Below are positions 11,449-23,244 of a stretch of DNA of 43,314 nt, in pieces. The translations under genes were made by a program, and so were the position numbers. Positions within the stretch are counted from its first letter, which is position 1. Each line of letters opens with the position of its first letter. Below the pieces are notes generated by a model. That model was not told where the DNA came from. It worked only from the letters and a program-made list of their open reading frames with translations, and did not search any database. This DNA is from Octopus bimaculoides (lineage: Eukaryota), in contig NC_068985.1 of NCBI RefSeq assembly GCF_001194135.2, positions 84,247,579 through 84,290,892 of the forward strand, in the 5' to 3' direction.

Positions 11449-11855
11449 AGGTGCTGGCATGGTTGTGTGATTAAGAAGCTCACTCTGATGGAACCTGGTT
11501 TAGAGTACATCCTGCTGCATGGCACCTTGAGCAAATGTCTTCAACAATAACCTCAGGCTGAACAATGCCTTGTGAGTGAATTTGGTACACAGAAACTGTG
11601 TGGAAGTCCCTCTTCCCATCTATCTATCTATCTATCTGTCTCTCCATCTATCTGGGTGAAAACCTTTGCGCTTGTCTCTTTCCTTTACTTGACAACTGGT
11701 GTTGGTTTGATTATGTCCTTGGCACTTCTGTAAAAGAGACCAAAAGAATAAGTACTAAACTTTAAAATATGAATTCTTGAGTCAATTTATTTGACTAAAC
11801 CCTTCAAGGCAGTGCCCCAGCATGGCTGCAATCCAGTGACTGAAATAAGTAAAAG
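11449..11855 (+). mobile_element. SINE family A, old diverged copy
   Basis: GGCACCTTGAGCAAATGTCTTC (CORE-like), GCCTTGTGAGTGAATTTGGTA, AGAATAAGTACT, CCAGCATGGCTGCAATCCAGTGACTGAAATAAGTAAAAG. Confidence 0.8.
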
Positions 11856-12675
11856 ATATATATATATATATNNNNNNNNNNNNNNNNNNNNNNNNNNNNN
11901 NNNNNNNNNNNNNNNNNNNNNNNNNNNNNNNNNNNNNNNNNNNNNNNNNNNNNNNNNNNNNNNNNNNNNNNNNNNNNNNNNNNNNNNNNNNNNNNNNNNN
12001 NNNNNNNNNNNNNNNNNNNNNNNNNNNNNNNNNNNNNNNNNNNNNNNNNNNNNNNNNNNNNNNNNNNNNNNNNNNNNNNNNNNNNNNNNNNNNNNNNNNN
12101 NNNNNNNNNNNNNNNNNNNNNNNNNNNNNNNNNNNNNNNNNNNNNNNNNNNNNNNNNNNNNNNNNNNNNNNNNNNNNNNNNNNNNNNNNNNNNNNNNNNN
12201 NNNNNNNNNNNNNNNNNNNNNNNNNNNNNNNNNNNNNNNNNNNNNNNNNNNNNNNNNNNNNNNNNNNNNNNNNNNNNNNNNNNNNNNNNNNNNNNNNNNN
12301 NNNNNNNNNNNNNNNNNNNNNNNNNNNNNNNNNNNNNNNNNNNNNNNNNNNNNNNNNNNNNNNNNNNNNNNNNNNNNNNNNNNNNNNNNNNNNNNNNNNN
12401 NNNNNNNNNNNNNNNNNNNNNNNNNNNNNNNNNNNNNNNNNNNNNNNNNNNNNNNNNNNNNNNNNNNNNNNNNNNNNNNNNNNNNNNNNNNNNNNNNNNN
12501 NNNNNNNNNNNNNNNNNNNNNNNNNNNNNNNNNNNNNNNNNNNNNNNNNNNNNNNNNNNNNNNNNNNNNNNNNNNNNNNNNNNNNNNNNNNNNNNNNNNN
12601 NNNNNNNNNNNNNNNNAAAAAAAGAGAGAGAGTGAGAGAATGAACTGGATTTAAGATTATCATGGATTAACTTAC

Positions 12676-12720
12676 CATAAATTTCTTAAATTGATTCCAA
12701 TACCCAACTGTATATTCCAT
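12676..12720 (-). CDS. candidate first coding segment MEYTVGYWNQFKKFM within an 80-nt exon (12676-12755); product unknown
   Basis: Minus-strand acceptor ATTTTCTTTTTTGTTTTCTTTGCAG and donor ATG|GTAAGT. All three frames have a stop early in the exon. The ATG at 12720 has A at -3 and G at +4 and is open to the donor in phase 0. No homolog recognised with certainty. Confidence 0.35.
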
Positions 12721-13321
12721 TATGTTTCTCAAAGTCCCATGACTAAAAAATTATTCTGCAAAGAAAACAAAAAAGAAAATGATAGAATATAATAACAATA
12801 AATAAATTGACTAGGAAAAATATTTTCCCTGACCTACTTATGAAGAAATACAGGCACATACATATACATTTTTCTCTCTCTATATATATATATATATATG
12901 CACACAGACATCTGCATGCACACACAAACATAGTGTTCATACATGTATATATATGTGTTTGTGTACATGTGTGCATTCACATTTATGCACATCTTAATCA
13001 GGTTGCTACAAATTCATTTCTTTGACTTTTATAGAATTAAGGTAAAGTGTGCATTGACTTAGAAATGTGTGTGTGTGAGAGAGAGAGAGAGAGTGAGACT
13101 GTGTATCTCTGGATGAGTGTACTTATATATGTGTGTGTATGCATTTGTGAGTGATGCCTCGGTTGGTATTTCTTCTCTTAGTCACTTCACTATAATAACT
13201 TCCATTTCTTTAGAAATATAATCCAAAACACGCACAGCACAAATACACATACACAAACACACATGAGCAAATTCATACTTAAATGTTCACAAACACTTAA
13301 TACTCACACATTTATATACGC

Positions 13322-13372
<51 letters not shown>

Positions 13373-13553
13373 CACACACACACACACACACATACCGTAA
13401 ACATACATGTACATACACATGCATACAGTAATCCCACAGATCTATCAACAAACTTAATCCTGTCCTGTGATAATTAGTAAAATATCAGGTGAATTGAAGA
13501 ATGAAAGTGTTTAAGAGAATTAGAGGAGAGAGAGAGAGAGATAGTTAGAGACA

Positions 13554-13603
<50 letters not shown>

Positions 13604-14109
13604 ATAATATATAAAGGAGATGGGTGAATTTCAAAGATTCTCTAAGAATCTTATTTACTTAATTTATCAGTTTGAAATTATAAGGCTGCTGCCACATTGC
13701 TGTGTTGCTAACATGCTGGCTAAGTGAGTTGATGTCTCAAAAAAGGGTGTTTTTTGTGGAGTTTTCATAGGTGAGGACACTTGATGTGGTGAACCCACAT
13801 CTACTGAGTGGCATGTCATCAGGTAAAGCACAACATATAAAGAGAAGGTGGGGAGAGAAGGGGAAAGGGTAGCAAAGAGAGAAGACAGTGACAAAGAGAG
13901 AAGAGAGAGAGTGTCAGAGAGAAGAATGAGAGGGTGTTGAAGAGAGAAGGGGAGAGAGAGTGACAAAGAGAGGAGGAGACGGGAGAGAGTGACGAGGGGA
14001 GAAGGGGAGAGAGTGACGAGGGGAGAAGGTGAGAGAGAGAGTGTTGAATAGAAGAGAGAGAGAGTGTTGAAGAGAGAAAGAGTAACAAAGAGAGAAATAG
14101 TAAAAAAGC

Positions 14110-14330
14110 AGGTGAGACCGACTCAGTAACTAAGTCAGTGTTCTTATAAGAGCCGGCATAGTTTAGAAGTTCAATTGACAATGATTTGGTTTTGACTTTG
14201 GTCTTCCTGCCATGGCATGATTTTCCTACTGTAGCCTCCAGCTGACCGATGCCTTCTCAATGAAATTGGTAGATGGAAACTATGTGAAGACCTGTTGTGT
14301 GTATGCGTGTATTTATGTTTGTTTAATGTT
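14110..14330 (+). mobile_element. degenerate SINE family A-like 5' fragment
   Basis: TACTGTAGCCTCCAGCTGACCGATGCCTT..ATTGGTAGATGGAAACT matches the family A middle region. Confidence 0.55.
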
Positions 14331-14377
14331 GTATGTATGAACAGCATGATATAGAGATGAGTAGAGAGATTAAGAGT

Positions 14378-15480
14378 CATAGTAGACTGCCACTAATCCA
14401 GCAACCTGTAAAATGGTAAAATCAGTAATCCGGCACTAATTTCAGTTAGAAAACTTTCAAATAATTTAAAATTTCCCGGGCTGCCACATCAACTGGCCAC
14501 TACAATTTGTTGGTGCTACTTGCTGCATAAACACACACACATCATTTGTAAACAAAGGCAGGCCTTTATGGTTTGGTTTTTTTATTCATTATTATACCAT
14601 TTTCATTTTTAGTCCCAGCCATGGTTCCAAGGCATAATGGAAGGGCTTCTCATGATGTAAAGTGTAAACACGATACATTGTTCTTAAAAGAAAAAGTTGA
14701 ACTGTTGAAAAAACTTGACAGCAGTGTGTCTCTCTTTTACTCTTTTTTACTTGTTTCAGCCATTTGACTGTGGCCGTGCTGGAGCACCGCCTTTAGTCGA
14801 GCAAATCGACCCCAAGACTTATTCTTTGTAAGCCTAATACTTATTCTATCAGTCTCTTTTTCCGAACTGCTAAGTTACGGGGGATGCAAACACACCAGCA
14901 TCGGTTGTCAAGCGATGTTGGGGGAACAAACACAGAGACACAAACACACACACACATATATATACATACATACGATGGGCTTCTTTCAGTTTCCATCTAC
15001 CAAATTCACTCACAAGGCTTTTGTCAGCCAGAGGCTATAGTAGAAGACACTTGCCCAAGGTGCCACGCATTGGGACTGAACCCGGAACCATGTGGTTGGT
15101 AAGCAAGCTACTTACCACACAGCCACTCCTGCACCTGTGAAAAGATTGTGTGAATTATACAATGTTGGATCTTCGACATTTTATGACATAAAAAAAACAT
15201 AAAGACCAGTTACCTCGCTTCTTTGCTAACAGTGAGTAAAAGGAAAACAATGAATGTTGATAAAAGTGTAGAACTAGATCACGCGTCGATGAAGTGGTTT
15301 AGATTGCGTGAAAGTGAAGGTGCCGAGCTGTCAGGTGATCTTGTGAAGGAGCAAGCAAAAACATTCCATGAAGAACTCTGACTGAAAAGTGCGATTAGAG
15401 TGAAGGTGATAATCTGACAAAATCACTAATCCAGTACTCTCCAGATCCCAACAATGCTGGATAATCAGTAGTTATGGAAT
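14378..15480 (+). mobile_element. internally deleted Tigger/pogo-family DNA transposon interrupted by a SINE
   Basis: ATG at 14621 gives MVPRHNGRASHDVKCKHDTLFLKEKVELLKKLDSSVS|VKRLCELYNVGSSTFYDIKK (psq-type HTH), then KRKTMNVDKSVELDHASMKWFRLRESEGAELSGDLVKEQAKTFHEEL (CENP-B-type HTH). Terminal motifs GTAGACTGCCACTAATCCAGCA and TGCTGGATAATCAGTAG; subterminal AATCA.TAATCC repeated. Confidence 0.85.
14732..15136 (-). mobile_element. SINE family A, full length, young
   Basis: Minus strand AGGTGCAGGAGTGGCTGTGTGGTAAG (A-box), GGTTCAGTCCC (B-box-like), CCTTGGGCAAGTGTCTT (CORE-like), internal (TA/TG)n, tail GAAACAAGTAAAAAAGAGTAAAAGAG. Confidence 0.92.
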
Positions 15481-15899
15481 GTTATCTTTATGGAATGAGT
15501 AAAAACTTCTGTTACTTACCTGCTACTTTTAGCAAAGATCTCACATGCACACATACATATACATTCATACATACACAGACACACACAAACGCCCACACTA
15601 TTTTCCTCTTTCTTACATCCCCCAGCACCATCAGTATATTGTGCTTGATCATTGCTATCAGACAGTATAGTTTCTCTCTCACTTTCTCTCTCTCCCTTTT
15701 GCTTTTTCTCTCCTTCTGTATTGACAAAGCTCAAATATACAAGAGACTGAGTCAACTTAGTAATTTTCAGAGTTTTATCTTCATTATTTCTTTGTCTTTC
15801 TTTTAGATTTCTTCAATGGATGTGTGTGTGTGTGTGTGTATGCCTGATAAATACAGTTTTATAAGAAAGCATAAATGATTTTATGTGCAGTTGTACCTG

Positions 15900-15990
15900 T
15901 GTGTGTGTGTATATGTATCTATATATAAGTCGTTTGTGTTTCATGTATGTTATATATAATATGTACACATGATAACATACACAATTCGTG

Positions 15991-16021
<31 letters not shown>

Positions 16022-16236
16022 NNNNNNNNNNNNNNNNNNNNNNNNNNNNNNNNNNNNNNNNNNNNNNNNNNNNNNNNNNNNNNNNNNNNNNNNNNNNNNN
16101 NNNNNNNNNNNNNNNNNNNNNNNNNNNNNNNNNNNNNNNNNNNNNNNNNNNNNNNNNNNNNNNNNNNNNNNNNNNNNNNNNNNNNNNNNNNNNNNNNNNN
16201 NNNNNNNNNNNNNNNNNNNNNNNNNNNNNNNNNNNN

Positions 16237-16270
<34 letters not shown>

Positions 16271-16384
16271 AGGTGTATATAACTCGTTTGTGTTTCATGT
16301 AATATATAATATGTACACATGATAACACACAATTCGTGAAATATATAATTACATACAAATATATATATATATATACATTTGTAC

Positions 16385-16436
<52 letters not shown>

Positions 16437-16528
16437 ATATATCATAAGTTGTTTGTGTTTCATGCATGTGTGTTATATATAATATGTACACATGATAACA
16501 TACACAATTCATGAAATATAATAATTAC

Positions 16529-16560
<32 letters not shown>
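15900..16560. repeat. three diverged copies of a ~100-nt unit separated by microsatellites and an N gap
   Basis: GTTTGTGTTTCATG..ATATATAATATGTACACATGATAACA.ACACAATTC.TGAAATATATA at about 15930, 16286 and 16450; the copies differ, so this is not a pure assembly echo. Confidence 0.85.
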
Positions 16561-16569
<9 letters not shown>

Positions 16570-17134
16570 TGCATGCTAGATACACACACACACACACACA
16601 CAAAATACATATATACACACATGCCACTAACACATGCACTTAATGTGTACCCAAAAAAGTCCACAGTCTCCATTGTGATGTCGCATATCAATACCGCACG
16701 CACATACAAAGCTCTGAATTCTTACATTTGTTACCAAATCTTTTATCTTCTCTCTCTTCTAGAAATTTTCGCATTTCCACCTGACTAGTACAATTCCATC
16801 GTATTGTACAATTGCGTGATTATTACATTCCAACTGTTGTTGTCATTTTCACCTATGTTCACATTATCATTGTTGTGTATTGGGGGAGGGGAGTTTGTTT
16901 TGTTTTGTTTTGTTTTTGGAGCTTGTTTTTGATTTTTTTCTTTTGCTTGTGTTTGTGTTCATTATATTTCAATATTAATTAAGATTTTTAATAATTAGTC
17001 AGCAGTTTTGTTATACTGTCAAGTGTTTTGCCACAAAGGAAACTTTGAATTTTTTCCTTGTTTCCTTCGCTACTTAATGTATATGTGAATGCATACATAC
17101 ATACAGTATCTGTATACATACACATGTATACAAA

Positions 17135-17177
<43 letters not shown>

Positions 17178-17229
17178 GCATGTACATAAATATATACACA
17201 CACGTGTGTATATATATATNNNNNNNNNN

Positions 17230-17264
<35 letters not shown>

Positions 17265-17269
17265 ATATG

Positions 17270-17300
<31 letters not shown>

Positions 17301-17384
17301 CTGTGTGCTGCTCCCCCGATGAAAAGGATTGGGTTGCAAGAGCCCTGTTTCAATTCCACATAAAAAAAGCCCTCATGCAACATG

Positions 17385-17590
17385 GCAAGCTCTCATGCTG
17401 GCACCATGTAAGAGTATTCATGCCAGTGCCACATTAAAATCACCCAGTACACTCTGTAAAGTGTTTAGCATTAGGAAGAGTGTGTAGCCATAGAAACCAA
17501 GCCAACTCAGATAGGAACCTGACTAAACCCTTCAAGGTGTTACCACAGCATGGCCACAGTCCAATGACTGACACAGATACAAATAAATAA
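17385..17590 (+). mobile_element. composite of a SINE family B fragment and a family A tail
   Basis: GTGCCACATTAAAATCACCCAGTACACTCTGTAAAGTG..TTAGGAAG, then GACTAAACCCTTCAAGG..CAGCATGGCCACAGTCCAATGACTGA. Confidence 0.65.
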
Positions 17591-17699
17591 AAAATAAATA
17601 CTTGAAACTTCATTTGTGAATTGTGTCCTCAGTGATATTTGTTCTGAACCAAGTTACTGAAATACCCTTGTCGTACTTGGTGCATCAGAAATACAATTC

Positions 17700-18412
17700 A
17701 TCAAGTGATATTTGCCTTTGAGCTTTCCAACCTTGTGCACTTTATAATTTCTTTCAGCAAGACCACCAGACGTGAGAAAACTGCTTGATCTTCTTGACAA
17801 AAAGGAAGGCAGCAGTGTGATCTTCCAAGTGAAGTTGGCTGAAAATCAGATTCATCTTGAACATTACTGTTTAACGTAAATCTGTGAGCAAGTTGTCCTT
17901 GGACACTGGACAATTATGTAGAATAGTTTCAGTACCTGAGTGCATCTTGGATAAACCTGAACATTGGTGTTAACTAACCTGCAAAGTCTATCTTGAATTG
18001 GCAATCCCTCTCAGTAGCACTGTTATGGATTTCTGAAAATTGTCCATAATTCTTGGGCTGAAAGCCTTCCAAAATAGGCACCTCTGTTGACCTTTGCAAT
18101 TTATTGACAATCCAGAATCTGCTCAAGAACCTAAATGCTCTCTAGCCCACCACCAAATTTCTACAAAATGCAAGGGTTGCATACCTCTGGCTATGTTGCT
18201 TTACTGAAAAGGAACTGTGAGTACCTGACAGTAGTTCAGTAGCCAGGTGTGAAGTTTGGTATTTGCTTGACCCAGGACTACAGCTTTATTAAAGAGACAA
18301 GCTGCAGGAAAACATGCCTAACAAATGGCAACCATACTTCAGAATTAGAGAGAGGAGACAATCAATTTTATTGACCTATTTTTTGACTGGTACATTTCTT
18401 ATTGACCCTGTC
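17700..18412 (-). mobile_element. degraded L1/Tx1-type LINE ORF2 C-terminal remnant
   Basis: Minus-strand pieces VWLPFVRHVFLQLVS (about 18295-18337), GLPIQDRLCR and YPRC..ETILH..VQCP (17899-18012). The last is a decayed CX2C..ETxxH..C zinc knuckle typical of L1/Tx1 ORF2 ends; multiple stops and frameshifts. Confidence 0.6.
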
Positions 18413-19668
18413 NNNNNNNNNNNNNNNNNNNNNNNNNNNNNNNNNNNNNNNNNNNNNNNNNNNNNNNNNNNNNNNNNNNNNNNNNNNNNNNNNNNNNNNN
18501 NNNNNNNNNNNNNNNNNNNNNNNNNNNNNNNNNNNNNNNNNNNNNNNNNNNNNNNNNNNNNNNNNNNNNNNNNNNNNNNNNNNNNNNNNNNNNNNNNNNN
18601 NNNNNNNNNNNNNNNNNNNNNNNNNNNNNNNNNNNNNNNNNNNNNNNNNNNNNNNNNNNNNNNNNNNNNNNNNNNNNNNNNNNNNNNNNNNNNNNNNNNN
18701 NNNNNNNNNNNNNNNNNNNNNNNNNNNNNNNNNNNNNNNNNNNNNNNNNNNNNNNNNNNNNNNNNNNNNNNNNNNNNNNNNNNNNNNNNNNNNNNNNNNN
18801 NNNNNNNNNNNNNNNNNNNNNNNNNNNNNNNNNNNNNNNNNNNNNNNNNNNNNNNNNNNNNNNNNNNNNNNNNNNNNNNNNNNNNNNNNNNNNNNNNNNN
18901 NNNNNNNNNNNNNNNNNNNNNNNNNNNNNNNNNNNNNNNNNNNNNNNNNNNNNNNNNNNNNNNNNNNNNNNNNNNNNNNNNNNNNNNNNNNNNNNNNNNN
19001 NNNNNNNNNNNNNNNNNNNNNNNNNNNNNNNNNNNNNNNNNNNNNNNNNNNNNNNNNNNNNNNNNNNNNNNNNNNNNNNNNNNNNNNNNNNNNNNNNNNN
19101 NNNNNNNNNNNNNNNNNNNNNNNNNNNNNNNNNNNNNNNNNNNNNNNNNNNNNNNNNNNNNNNNNNNNNNNNNNNNNNNNNNNNNNNNNNNNNNNNNNNN
19201 NNNNNNNNNNNNNNNNNNNNNNNNNNNNNNNNNNNNNNNNNNNNNNNNNNNNNNNNNNNNNNNNNNNNNNNNNNNNNNNNNNATTTTTAACTATTACTTT
19301 TTATGAATCTTACACTAAAACCAATTGGGATAATTGCTGGCCTTCAGAGAAGAAATCTTTAAAAATCTCGTGTGACTCTTTAAAAAATTTCAGGAAATAA
19401 ATAAATAACTAAAATAAAGTTTTAAAAAATTTCAAAAAAAAAAACCTCCAGTGAGATTTTCAAAAATATGCTTGTTTTCATGTGTGTATCTTCATGTGTG
19501 TGTATGTCGTGTGTGTGTGTGTATGTCGTGTGTGTGTGTATATGTGTGTGAGTGTGTGTGTGCTTGCACAGAGAAGTTTGTATGTTTTTCTTCTATGAGA
19601 ACTTTTGTATTTGTATGAAGATATGATACTATGTGATATAAATGTATGTGCATGCATACCTCTGTTCC

Positions 19669-19704
<36 letters not shown>

Positions 19705-19881
19705 CCACACTAGCAGACACACACACATACACTCATATATGTATATATGTAAACATGCACACGTGCATGTGTTTCCACACTCAATACTTGTTTGTTATTG
19801 TNNNNNNNNNNTTCCACACTCAATACTTGTTTGTTATTGTGCTTTTTATCTAGGAGTCTGTGTTTATGATTGCATATGACT

Positions 19882-19934
<53 letters not shown>

Positions 19935-20329
19935 TACATACATATATATATTCTTTTATGTATTTCAGCCCAAAGGTTGTGGCCTGTGCTGGAGCACATT
20001 CGTCTATTTTTCTTTTATTATAATATTCCTGATTTGATTGGTTTTGGAAATACTTTACTTCTTTCAGTATTTCCAGTTATTTTTATTTCATGTTCTCATT
20101 GTTTTATTTTGATTGTGTTTACCTTAATCTTTGTACATAATTCAATATGAATACTTTTGTAGTTTGTTGTTGTTGTTGTTGTAATTGTTGTTGTTTTTGT
20201 CAAGAAACTCATCAGATGAAAGAATCACCTTTACCTGTTATAACCCAAAACATATGAGATGGTCTCTGGTCACATCACCTGAGGTCTGATTTCTTGAGAA
20301 CTGTAATTTCTTCATAACACACACACACA

Positions 20330-20520
20330 CAGTCACAATCACACACACACAGTCACAATCACACACACATACAGTCACACACACACACATACAATCACAC
20401 ACACACAATCACATACACATGCAAACACAATCACACACCTACACAATCACACACACACACAATCACACACACACACACATATAATCATATACACACACAT
20501 ACATGCACATACAATTATAT
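20330..20520. repeat. (CACACAAT)-type degenerate minisatellite
   Basis: Repeated ACAATCACACAC / ACAGTCACAATC units; followed by CT-rich tracts to about 20950. Confidence 0.85.
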
Positions 20521-20882
20521 AGAGACACACACTCACTCTCTTTCTCCTTGCATTCTCTCTCCCCCTCTTCACCTCTCTCTCTCTCACTCACTCTCTCCTT
20601 CTCCATCTTTCACTCTCTCTCTCTCTCTCACTCACTCTCTCCTTCTCCATTTTTCACTCTCTCTCTCTCTCTCCTTCTCTGATCTTGGTTCCTGATCCCC
20701 CTACTTTCTCTGTACAACCAACAATCCCTCATTCATTCTCTCACCTTCTACCTTTGGATCGTTTTTTTAATTTTATCTCTTTTAATGTTTCTCTCCTCTC
20801 CTCTCCTTATTCATTGTTACTCTATCTCCTTCTATCTCATCTTTACATCACGTTCCTCCTTTTCAATTATATTCTCTCCTCA

Positions 20883-20950
<68 letters not shown>

Positions 20951-21029
20951 CTTTAATTTCCACCNNNNNNNNNNGTTATTCATTTTCTTTTTTCCACATT
21001 ATAATTTATCATTATCACTCTCTCTCTCC

Positions 21030-21070
<41 letters not shown>

Positions 21071-21313
21071 TGATGATGATATATATATATGCAAATAAGT
21101 AACAAAGATGTCCAAGAATTAGTGCATTACAGCCGTTTCAGGCAGCTCCATTTAATTGATCAATGCAAGCATTACATCAATTTGAAATACACCGCCTTCT
21201 TCAGATGCATAAAAGATACTCCATTATAATCTTTTTAGCAAAATGGAAGTTTTTTCCTTGTCAAATTTAAGCACATTTGTCTGAATGATTTCTTGTTATA
21301 TGAATGATATTGA

Positions 21314-21552
21314 AAGTGTTTCTCAACTAATGGGCCCTTTGATTCCTATTTTATTCTGATGGACTCTCCAAGGCACTCAGTGTTAAAGAAAAAAACCCTA
21401 TTATATTTTCATAATTGAATTTTATTTGAAATGGCATAGAAATAATTATTAAAATATTGTAGAAGCTTAACCAATTTATTGCAGATGAATTTAAAAAACA
21501 AAATCTCATATGGACTGCCAAAGGCCATATGAACCCTAGTTGAGAAACACTG
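21314..21552. mobile_element. hAT-like MITE (CAGTGTTTCTCAAC termini)
   Basis: Left AAGTGTTTCTCAACTA (21314-21329) and right TAGTTGAGAAACACTG (21537-21552) are inverted at 15/16 nt; no TSD retained. Confidence 0.75.
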
Positions 21553-22356
21553 ATTTAGTAGTTGTTTTAGTAATCATTCTATGAAGTATCCTTCTCAAGA
21601 ACTCTCTGAATTCATTTGGACATCCTCTATCTCTGATTTCTCTGAAAAATCTCATACATATACAGATTGTATTAATTTATACAATGTGGTTAAGTTTTTC
21701 CCACTCAAACTTTGCTTACACATACTTTTTTCCTTTTTTACTGTGTTTATTGTGAATAAAGTCCTTATATTGCATGTTGACCCTTTTATTCATTTACTTT
21801 GACTGACATTATGAATATGGTTTTTTTTGTTTTTTTGTTTTTTGCAATAATTGTCCTATTCGACCTGTGAGATCTAGTTGACACTTTAGTTTGACTTGCA
21901 AAGCCAAATGAGTTTGTTGCCCCTATTATAAAATCCTAGTTCTGTGAACCACACCTAATCATTAAACTAAATACCCAACATGACACAGACCTGCCCCATT
22001 TGTACTGACCTGGGATTATACAACCACTGACAGAATTAATGAATGGTCCACTAAGCAGTTACTCTACCTGCCCCCCAAAACTTTACTCAAATCCAATGCC
22101 TTCCCTACTGAAAAAAAAGGTCAGAAAAAGATGAAAGGAAAAAGACTGATGTTGCAAGCTTCTTGCTGTAGATCTACACATTTAGTGCTGACTGGAAACT
22201 AACCAACAAACAGCAACAGCAACAACAATAACTGAGGTAGTGACAATTAATGAAAAAGTTTTTTTTATCGGAGAATCAACTGACATGGTGGATTGTCTTT
22301 CATACATATTTTATTTTCAACATTATTTTTAATTTGTCTTTTTTTCTTTCTTTGGA

Positions 22357-22622
22357 TTAACCTTTTTGACACCAACCCACCTGGGACCCCCCCCCCACCT
22401 TCTTGTTCCCAGATACAAAATAGCCAATTTTAAAGAGTTCATATTTAAATTAAAACCTTCCATCATAATTTAAGTCCCTTTTGTTAAGGTATGTTCCAAA
22501 CACCTGCTTCCTAATGACTAAGGTTAGTTATTTTTACTAAATCCTTCCGAAATCTTAATTGTTTTTCAGAATCAATTGAAGCACATAGTAGTTAATTTGA
22601 AATTCGGTTATGAAAGGGTTAA
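22357..22622. mobile_element. piggyBac-like MITE flanked by TTAA
   Basis: TTAA-CCTTTTTGACACC ... GGTTATGAAAGGG-TTAA; TTAA target duplication with CCY..RGG ends is diagnostic of piggyBac. Confidence 0.8.
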
Positions 22623-23244
22623 TAAAGCAACTATTATTATCATTATTATTATTGTCATCGTTGTCATCGTCATGTTTTCAACAGTTTCATGCAAGTTTCT
22701 GTTGCATTACCAGGTGCACGTTAATGTTTCTGAGGTGCATACAGCATTGTATTTGGGAGGTTTTAGAACAGTGTTTGTATGCTACATCAGTTTTACTTTG
22801 TTGTATCTGATGTTAGTTTAATGCTTTGTCTGTTTGTTATGCAGAGTGTGTGCAATACAAATGGTGTTATTTTGTTGAGTGGTGTTTGTGTTTCACATGT
22901 GCTGCATGTGCCGTCTTGCATTTTATAACTTAATCTGCCATGTGTAGCAGTGATACTGTAAAGCTGACAAGGAATACATTGCCTTTTATTGGCAAGTTTG
23001 CATTGCAGAAAAAGTTACCTGTGTAAGTCATGTGTAGTGTCATAAAGGGAATTATATATCACATTTTATTAACACTAGACAAACAAGAGATAAGTATTAT
23101 GTCCTATGGATCTTTAATATGTAGTGTTTTGTATTGGGCAGTACAGGGCATGCATTGTGTGCAGACAATACACTTGCTTTTGAACTAAATACATCACATA
23201 AAATGTTAGCTATCCTTTAACAGGTATGCCTTTTATGTTTTTAT

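Noticed and set aside
13020-13050. TTTTTATAG|AATTAAG|GTAAAG, a possible 7-nt plus-strand microexon
   Set aside because: Not frame-preserving, and no plus-strand gene context supports it.
13667-13966. Minus-strand ORF ending in SPMKTPQKTP... and nearby splice-like motifs on both strands
   Set aside because: Most of the ORF is CT-repeat; the unique part has no strong acceptor/donor pair in an open frame and no recognisable homology.
15900-16560. Repeat-spacer pattern superficially like CRISPR
   Set aside because: Units are long and diverged, and the spacers are microsatellites; eukaryotic minisatellite with no cas genes.
19773-19840. 29-bp exact direct repeat
   Set aside because: Also flanks a 10-N gap; assembly echo, and not a CRISPR repeat.
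22233-22241. TGAGGTAGT, identical to the first 9 nt of let-7
   Set aside because: The match stops at nt 9 and there is no complementary star arm.
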